A DNA stretch of 64,000 nt from an uncultured virus (IMG/VR IMGVR_UViG_3300042569_000394) (Duplodnaviria; Heunggongvirae; Uroviricota; Caudoviricetes). The notes below the pieces were generated by a model. The model made no database searches, had not been told where the DNA came from, and saw nothing but the letters and a program-made list of their open reading frames with translations. Positions within the stretch are counted from its first letter, which is position 1, and every line of letters starts with the position of its first letter. The stretch lies in IMG/VR virus record IMGVR_UViG_3300042569_000394, one strand, 5' to 3'. Made by a program: the position numbers and the translations under genes. Below, piece after piece: positions 51,501 through 60,334 of this stretch.

Positions 51501-52324
51501 ACAGACTCAGCACCAAAGACCATTGGCATTCCAGCGTTCTGTGCAAATATTTTGTTTTGGGTAGATAGGTAATATCCGTGCGTCTCTTGTAGTCCATAGG
51601 CTTTTGCCTCTACCGCTTTGTCAGCACCGTCAACTGCAATGGTACTTGGGAAGTCAATGATTGATCCAGAGCCATCTTCCTTATAAACTAATCCCAGAGA
51701 TTCTGACTGAAACTCTTCTGACCATTGGCCCAGACTAAGGCCATTAATATAAAACACATACTCTGTTGCTGGATCTTCGCTGTCAAAGTATTCTATGTCA
51801 AAAAATAGGTTTACATCACTTGTTTCGTTTGGGATGTCAAAGGTTTCTGCAAGATATAGCCAGTTATTGTATATGGTAGTTTCAAATGTTTTTGATACCC
51901 TGACGACTTGCTGGGTAATTTCTTCTATATAGGTAAAGCCTAGGGTAACTGACTTTACATATTCTGTATCTGAGTAAAAGTATGAGCCAATTGACATGGT
52001 TGCAAGGTCTATGTCCATGTCTGCAAAATTTGTTACCACTGGACTAGTTATTCTAGTTTTTCCCACAAAGTCTTCAAGCGGTCTTTTTGTGGCTGTTATC
52101 TTATAAAGGCCACCACCAAGGTATTGGCCCAGATTTGATGAGTCTTGCGTGATCTCAACATCGTCACTTATGTCTGGGTCTTCTGGGATAGTCCAGCCAT
52201 CTGTTAGGTCTCTTCCAGAGTCGCTTAGATAAGACACATAGTCTAGTTGGTCGTCGAATGCCCACATGGCAATTGGATGCTCACTGTAGGCTTTTTCAGC
52301 ATAGATATTGGATGGGTTAGACAT
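48572..52324 (-). CDS. Large virion structural protein with CBM/LamG-like beta-sandwich domains
   Basis: HPIAMWAFDD, YTLEAWMR LamG-type motifs; AGGAG RBS; TGGTAAAAT promoter. Confidence 0.65.
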   Translation of the reverse strand: MSNPSNIYAEKAYSEHPIAMWAFDDQLDYVSYLSDSGRDLTDGWTIPEDPDISDDVEITQDSSNLGQYLGGGLYKITATKRPLEDFVGKTRITSPVVTNFADMDIDLATMSIGSYFYSDTEYVKSVTLGFTYIEEITQQVVRVSKTFETTIYNNWLYLAETFDIPNETSDVNLFFDIEYFDSEDPATEYVFYINGLSLGQWSEEFQSESLGLVYKEDGSGSIIDFPSTIAVDGADKAVEAKAYGLQETHGYYLSTQNKIFAQNAGMPMVFGAESVTRLIDNAGLPSVIIPASGMLNDTGKHTTYTLEAWMRIDSSSTTPQRVVGPVGSNDGIYVDHERFYLKISENVKSAPVPEWGRPMLVHLKYFPGRLALVVNTEELISIEFDEINTYLPDKLSASGKDQDWIGFYCTPDVAIDLDCVGIYPYDVDKTLAKRKWVYGQNVEYPENLNSAYDGKTVAIDYQSSNYAANFVFPKNSPWTSGISDNISFTQNSIASPLHPLPEIVLSSGSSTLWLEDQALNNYEAETYFKMRPGTSWETVYGYLYLDSISFISDQLKTVYGIFKTLQTSSLEQILIKIRDKSSGNYFSIVTQDEDVLYKYYNGTSESTIKTVPVNLATEMFVAGIDLDKVSSYYGQELIQFFANRNNFEIFIAGDNTFENTYLGNVYNFSLSTRRNAKAIGFMFSEDGVAIDKNEFEDIVYDAGNSYFGNNSDYWTTVLDGGDPLSVMSDVFYSYVATYRLSPKTFFGNFVLDVSTHSIWEDYVPLSHFAKYVRGAEGGDYYDLDFIQFNIGYPSPGKFLEQKTDTDTWTYGELQAEYGTPTQYTYAELDNELFSGYPSYEDLKNRTKTQYVYDTSLYSTKTYVTFQYVSTGANTPIETYVNTENVSTNNLIKAGDEWVNTKYEVIDGTVIYPPRSVKFSDLAIVVHVEMISDGVRTKPASIPSIELTSQALDNKLPTAVGTKFGVPLYPYTKSGIYFNYKRVNPFRIYKRSTPYLFLSRNSGIELVGDYEPLINRGLTVPLNPKLASKADVAAVQVLLKYSGDFFPYSSTPIFEIQSKDAYIKFYLVATHPNGKRAKIYAINSNTGLEENGIAFYINGKLVKSPTISTKQWSMLGISFPAKLNLNSFSGAFRINGPILVNHLSYYQSTGLQEKILTTFRIWDRVKETITNEQLDWDDWKGSLSSLGTFSWNNVLVIGQISTLGINLPEIFKAYVGTNKTIFDDDDGVRLSGYRFRTYRRITPVTFTKKPS

Positions 52325-52376
52325 TTATTCTCCTGGTTAATTTTACCATACTTAACCAATTGTTTTGTCTATTAGT

Positions 52377-53066
52377 TTATTTTTTAAAGGACTGATAAAA
52401 ATCATGGATCAAACTGTTATATATCTTTGTTACGTTACTCAAAGATTCTCTATAAATTGGATTTTGTAGTTCTTTTAGAATTTCTGAATAAAGTGGGTGG
52501 GTGTCTCTGGGCACATGCCCCCTTTTGCTAAAAGACTCATCATTTTGATTAACCATTTTGCTTAGATCAGATGTCTTCTCAAATATGTTTTCGGGACTTA
52601 GGGGCACTCTTTTTTCTAAACCATACTTAGCCTCTATTAAGTCCAATGTACCAACTATGTCAGAGGTGACTTTTTCAAAAGGTATAACAAATACATTAGA
52701 ATTGTTCTGAGCACAATAGATCAGATCTCCGTACAGGTCTATTAACCTTGTAAAGTTTTTACCTTTTTCAGGTTCTTTTAGCGAAAGGTACACAGAACAA
52801 GACGCTATTGCGTCTAGGGGGTTCCGAATTACTGATACTACAGGAAATGAACCATCTGCAGTTGTTAGATTCTTAGAGTCGTGACTATGACTTTGCACAG
52901 CCATATTAGGCCAAGACATGTTTAAGGCTGTTACTAAGAATGTGTTCGCAGATCTTGGAAAACCTTCAACAGCAAAATCTGGACTTGTTACGAACTTACC
53001 GTCCCTGCTTTTTGTCTCTGCAAAAAGTTCTGCAATAGTTTCATAAGCATTGTTTGATGATGACAT
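52377..53066 (-). CDS. Sulfotransferase-like protein
   Basis: 5'-PSB-like GFPRSANTFL, 3'-PB-like IRNPLDAIAS, VIPFE. Confidence 0.7.
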   Translation of the reverse strand: MSSSNNAYETIAELFAETKSRDGKFVTSPDFAVEGFPRSANTFLVTALNMSWPNMAVQSHSHDSKNLTTADGSFPVVSVIRNPLDAIASCSVYLSLKEPEKGKNFTRLIDLYGDLIYCAQNNSNVFVIPFEKVTSDIVGTLDLIEAKYGLEKRVPLSPENIFEKTSDLSKMVNQNDESFSKRGHVPRDTHPLYSEILKELQNPIYRESLSNVTKIYNSLIHDFYQSFKK

Positions 53067-53797
53067 TACTTGTATGACCTTCTTGTCCAGACTTTATCTT
53101 TGTAGACTCCACCATCTGGTATTCTATATATCTCTGCAGTTTCTTTATGCTTTTCAAACATCTGCTCTACCGACTGAATAACTGGTTCAGATTCCCAGTT
53201 GTCTCGTTTAAACGGTATCATCTGAGCATAAACAGTGCCTGCTGGAATAATACCTTGAAAAGATCTGCTAACAAAGAATGGCATCATTCCAGGTTGATTT
53301 ACAGCGTCATTATCGATAATACCGCTAGTGGTCAAAAACGGAAGTTCAAACCTATTTAGTGGATGGGTGTAAAGAACGCTATATCCTTCTGGGACACCAA
53401 CGCCCCAGTCGGGGAGCCAGGCAAAGTGATGTGGGTGATATCCTAAAGGATTCTGAAACTGAGGCATAGGTGGACGTTTTGTGCAAAAGTCTTGGTATGC
53501 AGGATTTTCTATTCGTACCTGTATAACGCCTGCTTCATCTAAATAAAATTCTAGATCACATGGAGTCTTGAGTGCATACCCAGAACCCATTATGTCAAAC
53601 ACTGCTGGGCAAGACTTCCAGGTAGGGACCTTACCTCCGTCTGGGCCTTTCCAAACTTCATTAGTTACTGGGTCTACTGCAAACCTATCTGCTTTCCTAT
53701 ACCATTCTGGAATGGTTTTTATAATAGGCTCGGGCTTGGAGATGCTGTTAGCAGTTAGCCATGGACGATTAGAAAAAAACTTAATTATGTTTGTCAA
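53066..53797 (-). CDS. Hypothetical protein of a type often found next to phage 2OG oxygenases (beta-rich)
   Basis: PEWY, TWKSCP, GY...TP, HPLNR...SGIID.D, GT..AQMIPFKR; TTG start with AGGA RBS. Confidence 0.6.
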   Translation of the reverse strand: MTNIIKFFSNRPWLTANSISKPEPIIKTIPEWYRKADRFAVDPVTNEVWKGPDGGKVPTWKSCPAVFDIMGSGYALKTPCDLEFYLDEAGVIQVRIENPAYQDFCTKRPPMPQFQNPLGYHPHHFAWLPDWGVGVPEGYSVLYTHPLNRFELPFLTTSGIIDNDAVNQPGMMPFFVSRSFQGIIPAGTVYAQMIPFKRDNWESEPVIQSVEQMFEKHKETAEIYRIPDGGVYKDKVWTRRSYK

Positions 53798-53849
53798 TTG
53801 CGGTTCCTAAATTTAAGGTTATGTATAGTTGTTAAAGTTAACTAGGTTA

Positions 53850-54506
53850 CTAGTTTCCAGTTTCTTTGTACATCTCTGGAGTGTGGAACTTTGCACTGTA
53901 GTCAAGCATGGTAACAATAGAATACTTAAATCCAGATTCTACTGGCATTGCTCGGTGTGGATACATAAAGTTTGATGGAAACAAGAATAGGTCTCCAGCC
54001 TTTGCTTTTACCTTAAGGCCTTGTAGGCGGAAAAACAATTCTCCACCTTCATAGTCATCATTAGGGTAGAGTACCGCAGATAGAGTGCTGTTATATGAGA
54101 ATCCATGATCAGTGTGCTCTTGGAAGTGTTGCCCTGGTCCATACTTAATAAAGTTATTAGCCTCCCAGTACTTAAGTTCGCCAATAGGGAATCTTTGGCA
54201 ATAGTCTGCAACTGGGCCAACCATGGAGTTGTGAACTACATCCCAAATATCTCTAAGTTCATCGCCAGCAGGGGACTGATCGCTATCTATGTCTGTACGC
54301 TTATATTTGAAATCGTAGCAATCACGGTACTCAGGCATCTTTTGTGCATAACCAACCATGGCTTCAGCATATCCATAGTGGCTTGTAGGGTCTTCTAAAA
54401 CGGCTTCTAGTCTTTTGATTATTTCCATGCCGTTAGGAAGTGCATCGTGGTACACAAATATTCCTGGTGCTAGTTCTTCTTCTGATGTCCAAGTTCTTTC
54501 AGTCAT
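53850..54506 (-). CDS. 2OG-Fe(II) oxygenase, prolyl 4-hydroxylase-like
   Basis: KY..GQHF..HTD (HxD), Y.NDDYEGGE, FPS...YPH...PV.SG.KYSIV. Confidence 0.88.
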   Translation of the reverse strand: MTERTWTSEEELAPGIFVYHDALPNGMEIIKRLEAVLEDPTSHYGYAEAMVGYAQKMPEYRDCYDFKYKRTDIDSDQSPAGDELRDIWDVVHNSMVGPVADYCQRFPIGELKYWEANNFIKYGPGQHFQEHTDHGFSYNSTLSAVLYPNDDYEGGELFFRLQGLKVKAKAGDLFLFPSNFMYPHRAMPVESGFKYSIVTMLDYSAKFHTPEMYKETGN

Positions 54507-54530
54507 TCATTTCTCCTAATTGTTATCTTG

Positions 54531-55226
54531 TTATGTGCCTACAAAGCCACCAAAGTAAGGTGGGAAATATGGGCCAAAGGTGGGTGGGAAGTATGGAGGA
54601 AAATATGGAGGAAAATATGGTGGGAAGTATGGGGGTAGCGTCGTTACACTGTTAGAATTAGCAGAATACGTTCCATTACCGTTGTCATTTTCTGCACGAA
54701 CTTGATACGTCTGAGCAGTGTTTGCTTCCTGGCTAATTGTTACAGAGGTTGATGTAGTTGTTCCAGTTTTTCCATCAGATGATGTCCACCTATAAAGATT
54801 GATGGTTTTACCACCATTTGAGGGGGCGGTCCAAGATAATGTGTCTGAGTCAACTCCAGCGGTTGCAGTTGGAGTTCCAATGGTATTAGGAACAGTAGTA
54901 GCAGTGATTGCTGTAGAGGCTGAAGATGCACTAGAGGTACCTGCTGCGTTGGTAGCGGTAACAGTAAATGTATAAGAAGTGGCTGACTGCAATCCTTCAA
55001 CCGTTAGTGGTGACGATGATCCAGTCGCTGTAAAACTACCTGGGCTAGAGGTTGCGGTAAATGAGGTGGCTGCAGGAGAACCAGCAGGTAGGCTAAAGGT
55101 TACTGTGGCTGCTCCGTTGTTAAATGCTCGGTTAGTTCCTACGTCAGTAGCAGATACGCTTACTGGCGTAGAGGGCTGCAAAAAGTCGTTTTGCGACTGC
55201 GACTTTCTTCCTGCTCTTTTACTCAT
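54531..55226 (-). CDS. Two-FN3-domain protein with a C-terminal (PPYF)n tail
   Basis: GLQSATSYTFTVTATNAAGTS and WTAPSNGG...YQVRAEN FN3 signatures. Confidence 0.85.
   Translation of the reverse strand: MSKRAGRKSQSQNDFLQPSTPVSVSATDVGTNRAFNNGAATVTFSLPAGSPAATSFTATSSPGSFTATGSSSPLTVEGLQSATSYTFTVTATNAAGTSSASSASTAITATTVPNTIGTPTATAGVDSDTLSWTAPSNGGKTINLYRWTSSDGKTGTTTSTSVTISQEANTAQTYQVRAENDNGNGTYSANSNSVTTLPPYFPPYFPPYFPPYFPPTFGPYFPPYFGGFVGT
54552..54635 (-). repeat. Seven 12-nt units encoding PPYF x4, PPTF, GPYF, PPYF
   Basis: Read directly; synonymous codons differ between units. Confidence 0.95.
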
Positions 55227-55238
55227 CCGTGGTCCTTA

Positions 55239-56636
55239 CTATGCGGTTAGGTCACCAAACACAAGCCAAGTGTTTGAGGCTCTCTTTAATAGTGTAGCAG
55301 AAGACCACTGAGTACGCAACTTTAATCCAGGCGTAGCATTAACAGTAACGCCCACAGCACCTGCAATTGTTACCTGACCAGAGCCAGTCTGGATGATGTC
55401 TAGTGTAGTTCCTACTGGGTAATCTACTGTTGCATCTGTAGGAATTGTCAGGGTAGTTCCAGTTGATTTATTAATTTCAATAATTGTGTCACGCTCTGTT
55501 AAGGAGGCGAGGGTGTATGAATCGGTCTTCTGCGAGATTGTGGTGATAGACGGTACGCCAACCTTAGTCTGTGTGCCGTCAGTAAAAACAACGCCTGCTA
55601 CTTCAATGTTATTGACTGCTAGATCATCTAGAGAACCTTCACCGAAAGCAACTGTTGTTGCTGGTTCGGTTTCTACTCCTTTAAAAATTTTCCAGATGTT
55701 AGCAGATACATCTCTTACGATACCTGCATGTTGTGCTGTTCCGTCATTGTATCCAACTACTAAACCAAGATCAACGGTGTTTGCTGAATTTGTGTGAGCA
55801 ATCTGAATCATGTTGTCTTCAATTGTAATGCTGGTGGCAGATGCTATAAATTCAGTACCGTTTACGGTAAGGTTTCCGTCAACAACGAGGTCCTGATCGA
55901 TCTCAACTGAGCCTGTAAATGTTGCTCCTGAAAGTGATGCCTTTGCATCAAGTGCTGTTTGTGTTGCAGTAGAAATAGGCTTATTAGCATCCGAGGTGTT
56001 GTCTACGTTGCCAAGACCAACGTGAGTCTTTGTTACACCTGATACAGTGCCTGTAAAGGTTGGATCTGCAGTTGGGGCTTTAGCGTCTATCTGAGTCTGA
56101 ATAGCAGAGGTAACTCCGTTTACATATCCCAGTTCAGTGCTACTAACGTCTCCGATCGAAGTTGTGTTTGGTAGAACAACCGTTCCTGTAAATGTAGGTC
56201 CAGATAGTGGGGCGTAAGTAGTAGAGGCGGTAGCAGATGCTAGTTTTGCGTCTAGTTGGGTTTGTATAGCACTTGTAACACCATTTACGTATGCAAGTTC
56301 AGTAGCACTTACATCTCCAATAGAGGTTGTGTTAGGAAGGGTTACAGTACCGCTAAAAGTAGGGCCAGCAAGAGGAGCCAGAGAGGCTAGATCAGCAGTA
56401 ACAACCAAATCAGAGGTGTCTTCAATTCCATGTACGTTTGTAGTAAGGGCAGCGTGATCAGACACGGCGTTAGGTGCAGGAGCAGCATATGGACGAGAGT
56501 TCCAGGCTGTACTTCCATTACCAATCTTAAATCTACCAGTATCGGTTTCAAAACCAACCTCACCTGTTGCTAGAACTGTATTTGCAGCGGTCCACTCAGC
56601 AGCAGTTCCTCTTCTCTGTAGCATTCTTGTTGCCAT
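55239..56636 (-). CDS. Tail fibre protein (Mtd-N-like N-terminus, fibre repeats, C-terminal adaptor-like domain)
   Basis: RRGTAAEW...GEVGFETDTGRFKIGNG; GLGNVDNTSDANKPISTATQ; duplicated PTFxGTVxLPNTTSIGDVS. Confidence 0.85.
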   Translation of the reverse strand: MATRMLQRRGTAAEWTAANTVLATGEVGFETDTGRFKIGNGSTAWNSRPYAAPAPNAVSDHAALTTNVHGIEDTSDLVVTADLASLAPLAGPTFSGTVTLPNTTSIGDVSATELAYVNGVTSAIQTQLDAKLASATASTTYAPLSGPTFTGTVVLPNTTSIGDVSSTELGYVNGVTSAIQTQIDAKAPTADPTFTGTVSGVTKTHVGLGNVDNTSDANKPISTATQTALDAKASLSGATFTGSVEIDQDLVVDGNLTVNGTEFIASATSITIEDNMIQIAHTNSANTVDLGLVVGYNDGTAQHAGIVRDVSANIWKIFKGVETEPATTVAFGEGSLDDLAVNNIEVAGVVFTDGTQTKVGVPSITTISQKTDSYTLASLTERDTIIEINKSTGTTLTIPTDATVDYPVGTTLDIIQTGSGQVTIAGAVGVTVNATPGLKLRTQWSSATLLKRASNTWLVFGDLTA

Positions 56637-56692
56637 ATTTAAATTCTCCTAATGGGGTCTACCCAAGCATATATAAACTAATTATAACATAA

Positions 56693-56953
56693 TTATTCGA
56701 TGTTTCCAGCATCAATTGTTGCGTCCCAGACTTCTGTTGTTGGGGTACCGCCATCTGTATATGTTGCTCCATCGACATCTCCACCATCTAGATTACTTCC
56801 TGGGAGTGCAGATATCACTGCGTCTAAATACTCTTTTGTTACTGCATGATCTGGGTCTGTTGGACTACCAACAACGACTGGGCCACCGAATGAACCGCTG
56901 CCATTTACGGCAAGGCCATTCTTAACTTTAAAGTCTTTATTATTAGTGGTCAA
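56693..56953 (-). CDS. Small fibre-associated protein
   Basis: KDFKVKNGL, HAVTKEYLD, DGG motifs; AGGAG RBS, TTG start, TGGTATAAT. Confidence 0.7.
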   Translation of the reverse strand: MTTNNKDFKVKNGLAVNGSGSFGGPVVVGSPTDPDHAVTKEYLDAVISALPGSNLDGGDVDGATYTDGGTPTTEVWDATIDAGNIE

Positions 56954-56992
56954 GGTAGTCTCCTGTTTTTAATTATACCATTAATTAGGAAC

Positions 56993-57025
56993 AAAAATAC
57001 CCCCCAGTATTTCATGGGGGGTATT
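56993..57025 (-). terminator. Intrinsic terminator
   Basis: AATACCCCCCA-TGAAATAC-TGGGGGGTATT followed by TTT. Confidence 0.88.
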
Positions 57026-57038
57026 CTATTAATGTTTA

Positions 57039-58553
57039 TTAGACAAGTAGTGTTCCAACAACATTGATTGTTGAATCATTTACTGGGTTAACTCGTAGTC
57101 TAACGTTCGATCCAGAAATATCTGCAGTAATTGTGCCTCTAGATCCGTTTGTACCAACGATTGCATATTCTGTAATAGCAATGTTGTCTCCTGAGTCTAG
57201 TGTTAACAATACCTCACTTACTTCATTTTCTGTGCCGTTGTCAATCTTAACAAGGAACTTTGCTGTCTTGTATGATGCTTTAGGGAACTGGTATGCTGTA
57301 ACTACAACGCTTCCCAAAGATGTTGCTGTTGCTGCTACCTGCTTTGCAAGAGAGTCAATGTTTACGGCGGTAAATGCTGTAGTTCCATCCTTTAGGTCAT
57401 CTACTAGGCCAGATGCGGTTCCTGCTGCATCGTAGTTAGATGCAAGTCCATCTGCATAGTCTTCTGCATCTGAAAGTGCCTGTGCTGCTGCACCGAATGC
57501 ATCGTAGGTGTCTGCGGTTACAGAGATTGTGTCTGTAATCTGATCAATTGTAATGCCAGTGCCTGCGGTTAGTGTGTCTTGCTTTCCGCTAATCTGTGTT
57601 CCAATTGTAGTAGCAAATGATTCATCGTCATTAATTGCTGCTGCTAGTTCGTTTAGTGTGTCAAGAAGTGCTGGTGCACCGTCAACTAGATCTGATACTG
57701 CGGTAGCAATTCTGTCTGTAATTGTGTTGCCTGCAGTTCCGTCAACTGTAACGTCACCAATTAGGTCATCTGCATATGCCTTTGCGTTTGTCTCTGCTGT
57801 AGAAGCAGCACCAGATGCGTCGTATGCCGATGCGGTTGCGTCAAGTGCACGTTGATTGGTGAAGTAGAGATTGGTTACTCCTTCTTCAATGTCATCTGTG
57901 TCAAGTCCGCCAATTGCGGTATCGGTATATGAGTTTGCGTTGGTTTCGGCTGTAGATGCAGAGCCAGATGGGTCATACGCTGATGCTGTTGCATCTAGTG
58001 CACGTTGGTTAGTGAAGTAGAGGTTAGTTACACCTTCTTCAATGTCGTCTGTGTCTAGTGCATCAACAATTCCCTGTGCTGTGCCAGTTGCATCGTATGC
58101 CGAAGCAGTTGCATCTAGTGCTCTTTGGTTTGTGAAGTAAAGGTTTGTTACACCTTCGGTGAGGTCGTCAGTATCTGAGTCAGCAACGCCATTCTCAGCG
58201 GTAATTGTTAGACCATCTTCGTTTCCAGTAATAGTGATGTTTGTTAGAGTTGCGTTTGTTAGCAAGTCTGCTGCATCGCCCTTTGCTCTGGCTGTTGTGT
58301 AGTAGAGGTTGGTAACACCCTCTTCGATGTCATCTGTGTCCAGTGCATCAATTGCTGTGTTAACCTCTGTTGTAATTTCTGACGATACTGCGTCGATTGC
58401 TCTTTGTGATGTAAAATACTGATTGGTACTACCTTCGGGTAGATCATCTGTAGTGCTTCCTGTGGTGATTACATCTTCACCATTTACGGTTGCTGTAGTT
58501 CCTTCAACTACTAGGCCGTGTTTGACTCTAAAGTCCTTATCGACTGTTGCCAT
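57039..58553 (-). CDS. Repetitive acidic fibre/whisker protein
   Basis: Five TDD(I/L)xEGxTNxY(F/Y)TxxRA repeats; APALLDTLNELAAAI; AAGGAG RBS. Confidence 0.82.
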   Translation of the reverse strand: MATVDKDFRVKHGLVVEGTTATVNGEDVITTGSTTDDLPEGSTNQYFTSQRAIDAVSSEITTEVNTAIDALDTDDIEEGVTNLYYTTARAKGDAADLLTNATLTNITITGNEDGLTITAENGVADSDTDDLTEGVTNLYFTNQRALDATASAYDATGTAQGIVDALDTDDIEEGVTNLYFTNQRALDATASAYDPSGSASTAETNANSYTDTAIGGLDTDDIEEGVTNLYFTNQRALDATASAYDASGAASTAETNAKAYADDLIGDVTVDGTAGNTITDRIATAVSDLVDGAPALLDTLNELAAAINDDESFATTIGTQISGKQDTLTAGTGITIDQITDTISVTADTYDAFGAAAQALSDAEDYADGLASNYDAAGTASGLVDDLKDGTTAFTAVNIDSLAKQVAATATSLGSVVVTAYQFPKASYKTAKFLVKIDNGTENEVSEVLLTLDSGDNIAITEYAIVGTNGSRGTITADISGSNVRLRVNPVNDSTINVVGTLLV

Positions 58554-58569
58554 TTTTTATCTCCTTAGT

Positions 58570-59007
58570 TTATGCCTTAAGTCCCATACGAGCGAATCGC
58601 ACAGTGACTGGCTTTATTGCTCCAGGAGTTACAATAAGTGATACTGTATCTCCTGACTTAGAGACGCTAATGGTTCCAATATCCCCATTCGTGTCTAGTG
58701 TGCCATACTCAGTGACGTTTATATTCGTACCGTCAAAAAGTATGGAAATCTCTGTGGCGTAGAACTGATTTGAAGATGCTTTAGAAATTGTAACTAAATA
58801 CTTTACGAATCTCCAAGTAGTTGCACTGTATGAGTCTACTGTTGTCACGTTTTCAATACCATTTACGGTATTCTCGTTGTTTCCAGCGGAACCCAAATCA
58901 GTAGCCTGTTGAACAAGTGTGTCAATAAGATCTAGATAGTCAGCCTGTGTAGGTCTGTCTCCAGATTCAAATTTTTCTTTTACTTGGTTTAGGGTTACTC
59001 TAGCCAT
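58570..59007 (-). CDS. Virion protein sharing its C-terminal domain with 57039-58553; leaderless
   Basis: FESGDRPTQADYLDLIDT; KYLVTI...EI...EYG; ATG 7 nt after TGATATAAT. Confidence 0.75.
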   Translation of the reverse strand: MARVTLNQVKEKFESGDRPTQADYLDLIDTLVQQATDLGSAGNNENTVNGIENVTTVDSYSATTWRFVKYLVTISKASSNQFYATEISILFDGTNINVTEYGTLDTNGDIGTISVSKSGDTVSLIVTPGAIKPVTVRFARMGLKA

Positions 59008-59028
59008 ATAACCTATTATATCATTATC

Positions 59029-59256
59029 TTAAAGAATATAGTTATTAACACCAATAACGGCTATGCCAATAGGGGCTGGATTGTTTGGATTAAATTCCGA
59101 AATGACACCTGGCAAAAACTTGATACGAAAAGGAAGATTGTCATTAATTTTTACCTTAATTGGTTTTTGAGATATTTTGACTTTTTTAGGATAGTCTGTT
59201 TGAGTAAATCTTTTTACAACAGGATACTCTGTCTGTGTCAGAGTTATCTTTCCCAT
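59029..59256 (-). CDS. Hypothetical small basic protein
   Basis: TAATG coupling; APIGIAVIG C-terminus. Confidence 0.65.
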   Translation of the reverse strand: MGKITLTQTEYPVVKRFTQTDYPKKVKISQKPIKVKINDNLPFRIKFLPGVISEFNPNNPAPIGIAVIGVNNYIL

Positions 59257-59612
59257 TAGTCAGTTACATCCTCAATAATTGCCATTTTGCCTTGAGCAAC
59301 TGTCCACACATAAAGATCATTTGACAACTGAATATCAAACACATCTCCAGTTTCTAATTCTTCTGACTCTGAGTCAAGTAGTGAGACGGTAAACTCTCCC
59401 TCTCCGTCTGTATCTTTTTGTTCTGGTGATAGAGAAACAATTAGTTCTCCTGCTCTTTTAATATCTGCCCTAATTGTCCATTCTGAAATAAGAAGAGGTA
59501 ACTTTGCGTCGTCTGTTACGAATACCCGAAATGACGCAGTGTCTCCACGAACAACTGTCCATACAATTTGTGGAGGAATACTACCAAGGTCATATATGTT
59601 TGATCTAGCCAT
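59256..59612 (-). CDS. Small beta-sandwich virion protein (RGDT family, paralog 1); leaderless
   Basis: WTVVRGDTA...FDIQL; ATG 6 nt after TGGTATAAT. Confidence 0.7.
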   Translation of the reverse strand: MARSNIYDLGSIPPQIVWTVVRGDTASFRVFVTDDAKLPLLISEWTIRADIKRAGELIVSLSPEQKDTDGEGEFTVSLLDSESEELETGDVFDIQLSNDLYVWTVAQGKMAIIEDVTD

Positions 59613-59635
59613 AATAAAATTATACCACTAATTAC

Positions 59636-60148
59636 TTAAAGACCAGACTTAAGTGATGCCCAGGTGGGTGAGCCTTTGGCTCCAATAATTACAATTCCGT
59701 TTGCTGCGTCAGAAAGTACGTTTATAGCAACCGCTGGACTTCCTCCTGTAGGAATGCTATCGTCAAGCCCACCGTTTTGTCCAACATATAATGTTGCTCC
59801 TTCAGAAAAACCAGAAGTGTTTATGCCAGACAAAATTCCAGCGGTAACACAAATGCCAACAGCATTATTTAGCGTAGATGCCTTTGAAAGACCTAGAATT
59901 GGATTTGTAACTTCTGGTGTAAAAATATCAACTTCAATATTGGTTCCATCGTGACCAGTAACGAATACTGGTGTTCCTGCTGGTAGAGTTGATCCGCTTT
60001 TATTGATAACTGGAATTTCTACATAAGATGCAGATGGTAGGACAATGTCAAGTTTGTCAACAAGAGTTTTAATGTCTCCGTGAACGTTTACTGGATCTGA
60101 CTCCAAAGGATATGGGAGTTCTAGATTTAATGATTCGCCTGATGCCAT
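59636..60148 (-). CDS. Virion structural protein; leaderless
   Basis: LPYPLESDPVNVHGDIKTL fibre-type N-terminus; ATG 7 nt after TGATATAAT. Confidence 0.7.
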   Translation of the reverse strand: MASGESLNLELPYPLESDPVNVHGDIKTLVDKLDIVLPSASYVEIPVINKSGSTLPAGTPVFVTGHDGTNIEVDIFTPEVTNPILGLSKASTLNNAVGICVTAGILSGINTSGFSEGATLYVGQNGGLDDSIPTGGSPAVAINVLSDAANGIVIIGAKGSPTWASLKSGL

Positions 60149-60155
60149 AAGGTTA

Positions 60156-60204
60156 ATTATATCACGATTCTTTATTTTGATTTTGCTTCAAAATATGGTA
60201 TAAT
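60156..60204. promoter_or_regulatory. Divergent pair of extended -10 promoters
   Basis: TGATATAAT (minus, 60156-60164) and TGGTATAAT (plus, 60196-60204). Confidence 0.75.
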
Positions 60205-60334
60205 TTTATGACTACTTCCCCTTAAAAGGAAGTTTTTGCTTTACAAGACTCTACTTCATAAAGAATACTGTCTGCCAGAATACCGTGCTATATCGGCGGT
60301 AGAGTAACAACATAAAAAATAAGGAGGTAGCAAA

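Noticed and set aside
55239..56636. Diversity-generating retroelement suggested by the Mtd-N-like domain
   Set aside because: No reverse transcriptase and no TR/VR pair differing only at adenines seen
60208..60225. Five-codon uORF (MTTSP) in the NlpC/P60 leader
   Set aside because: Its ATG is only 3 nt after the -10 hexamer, probably upstream of the transcription start
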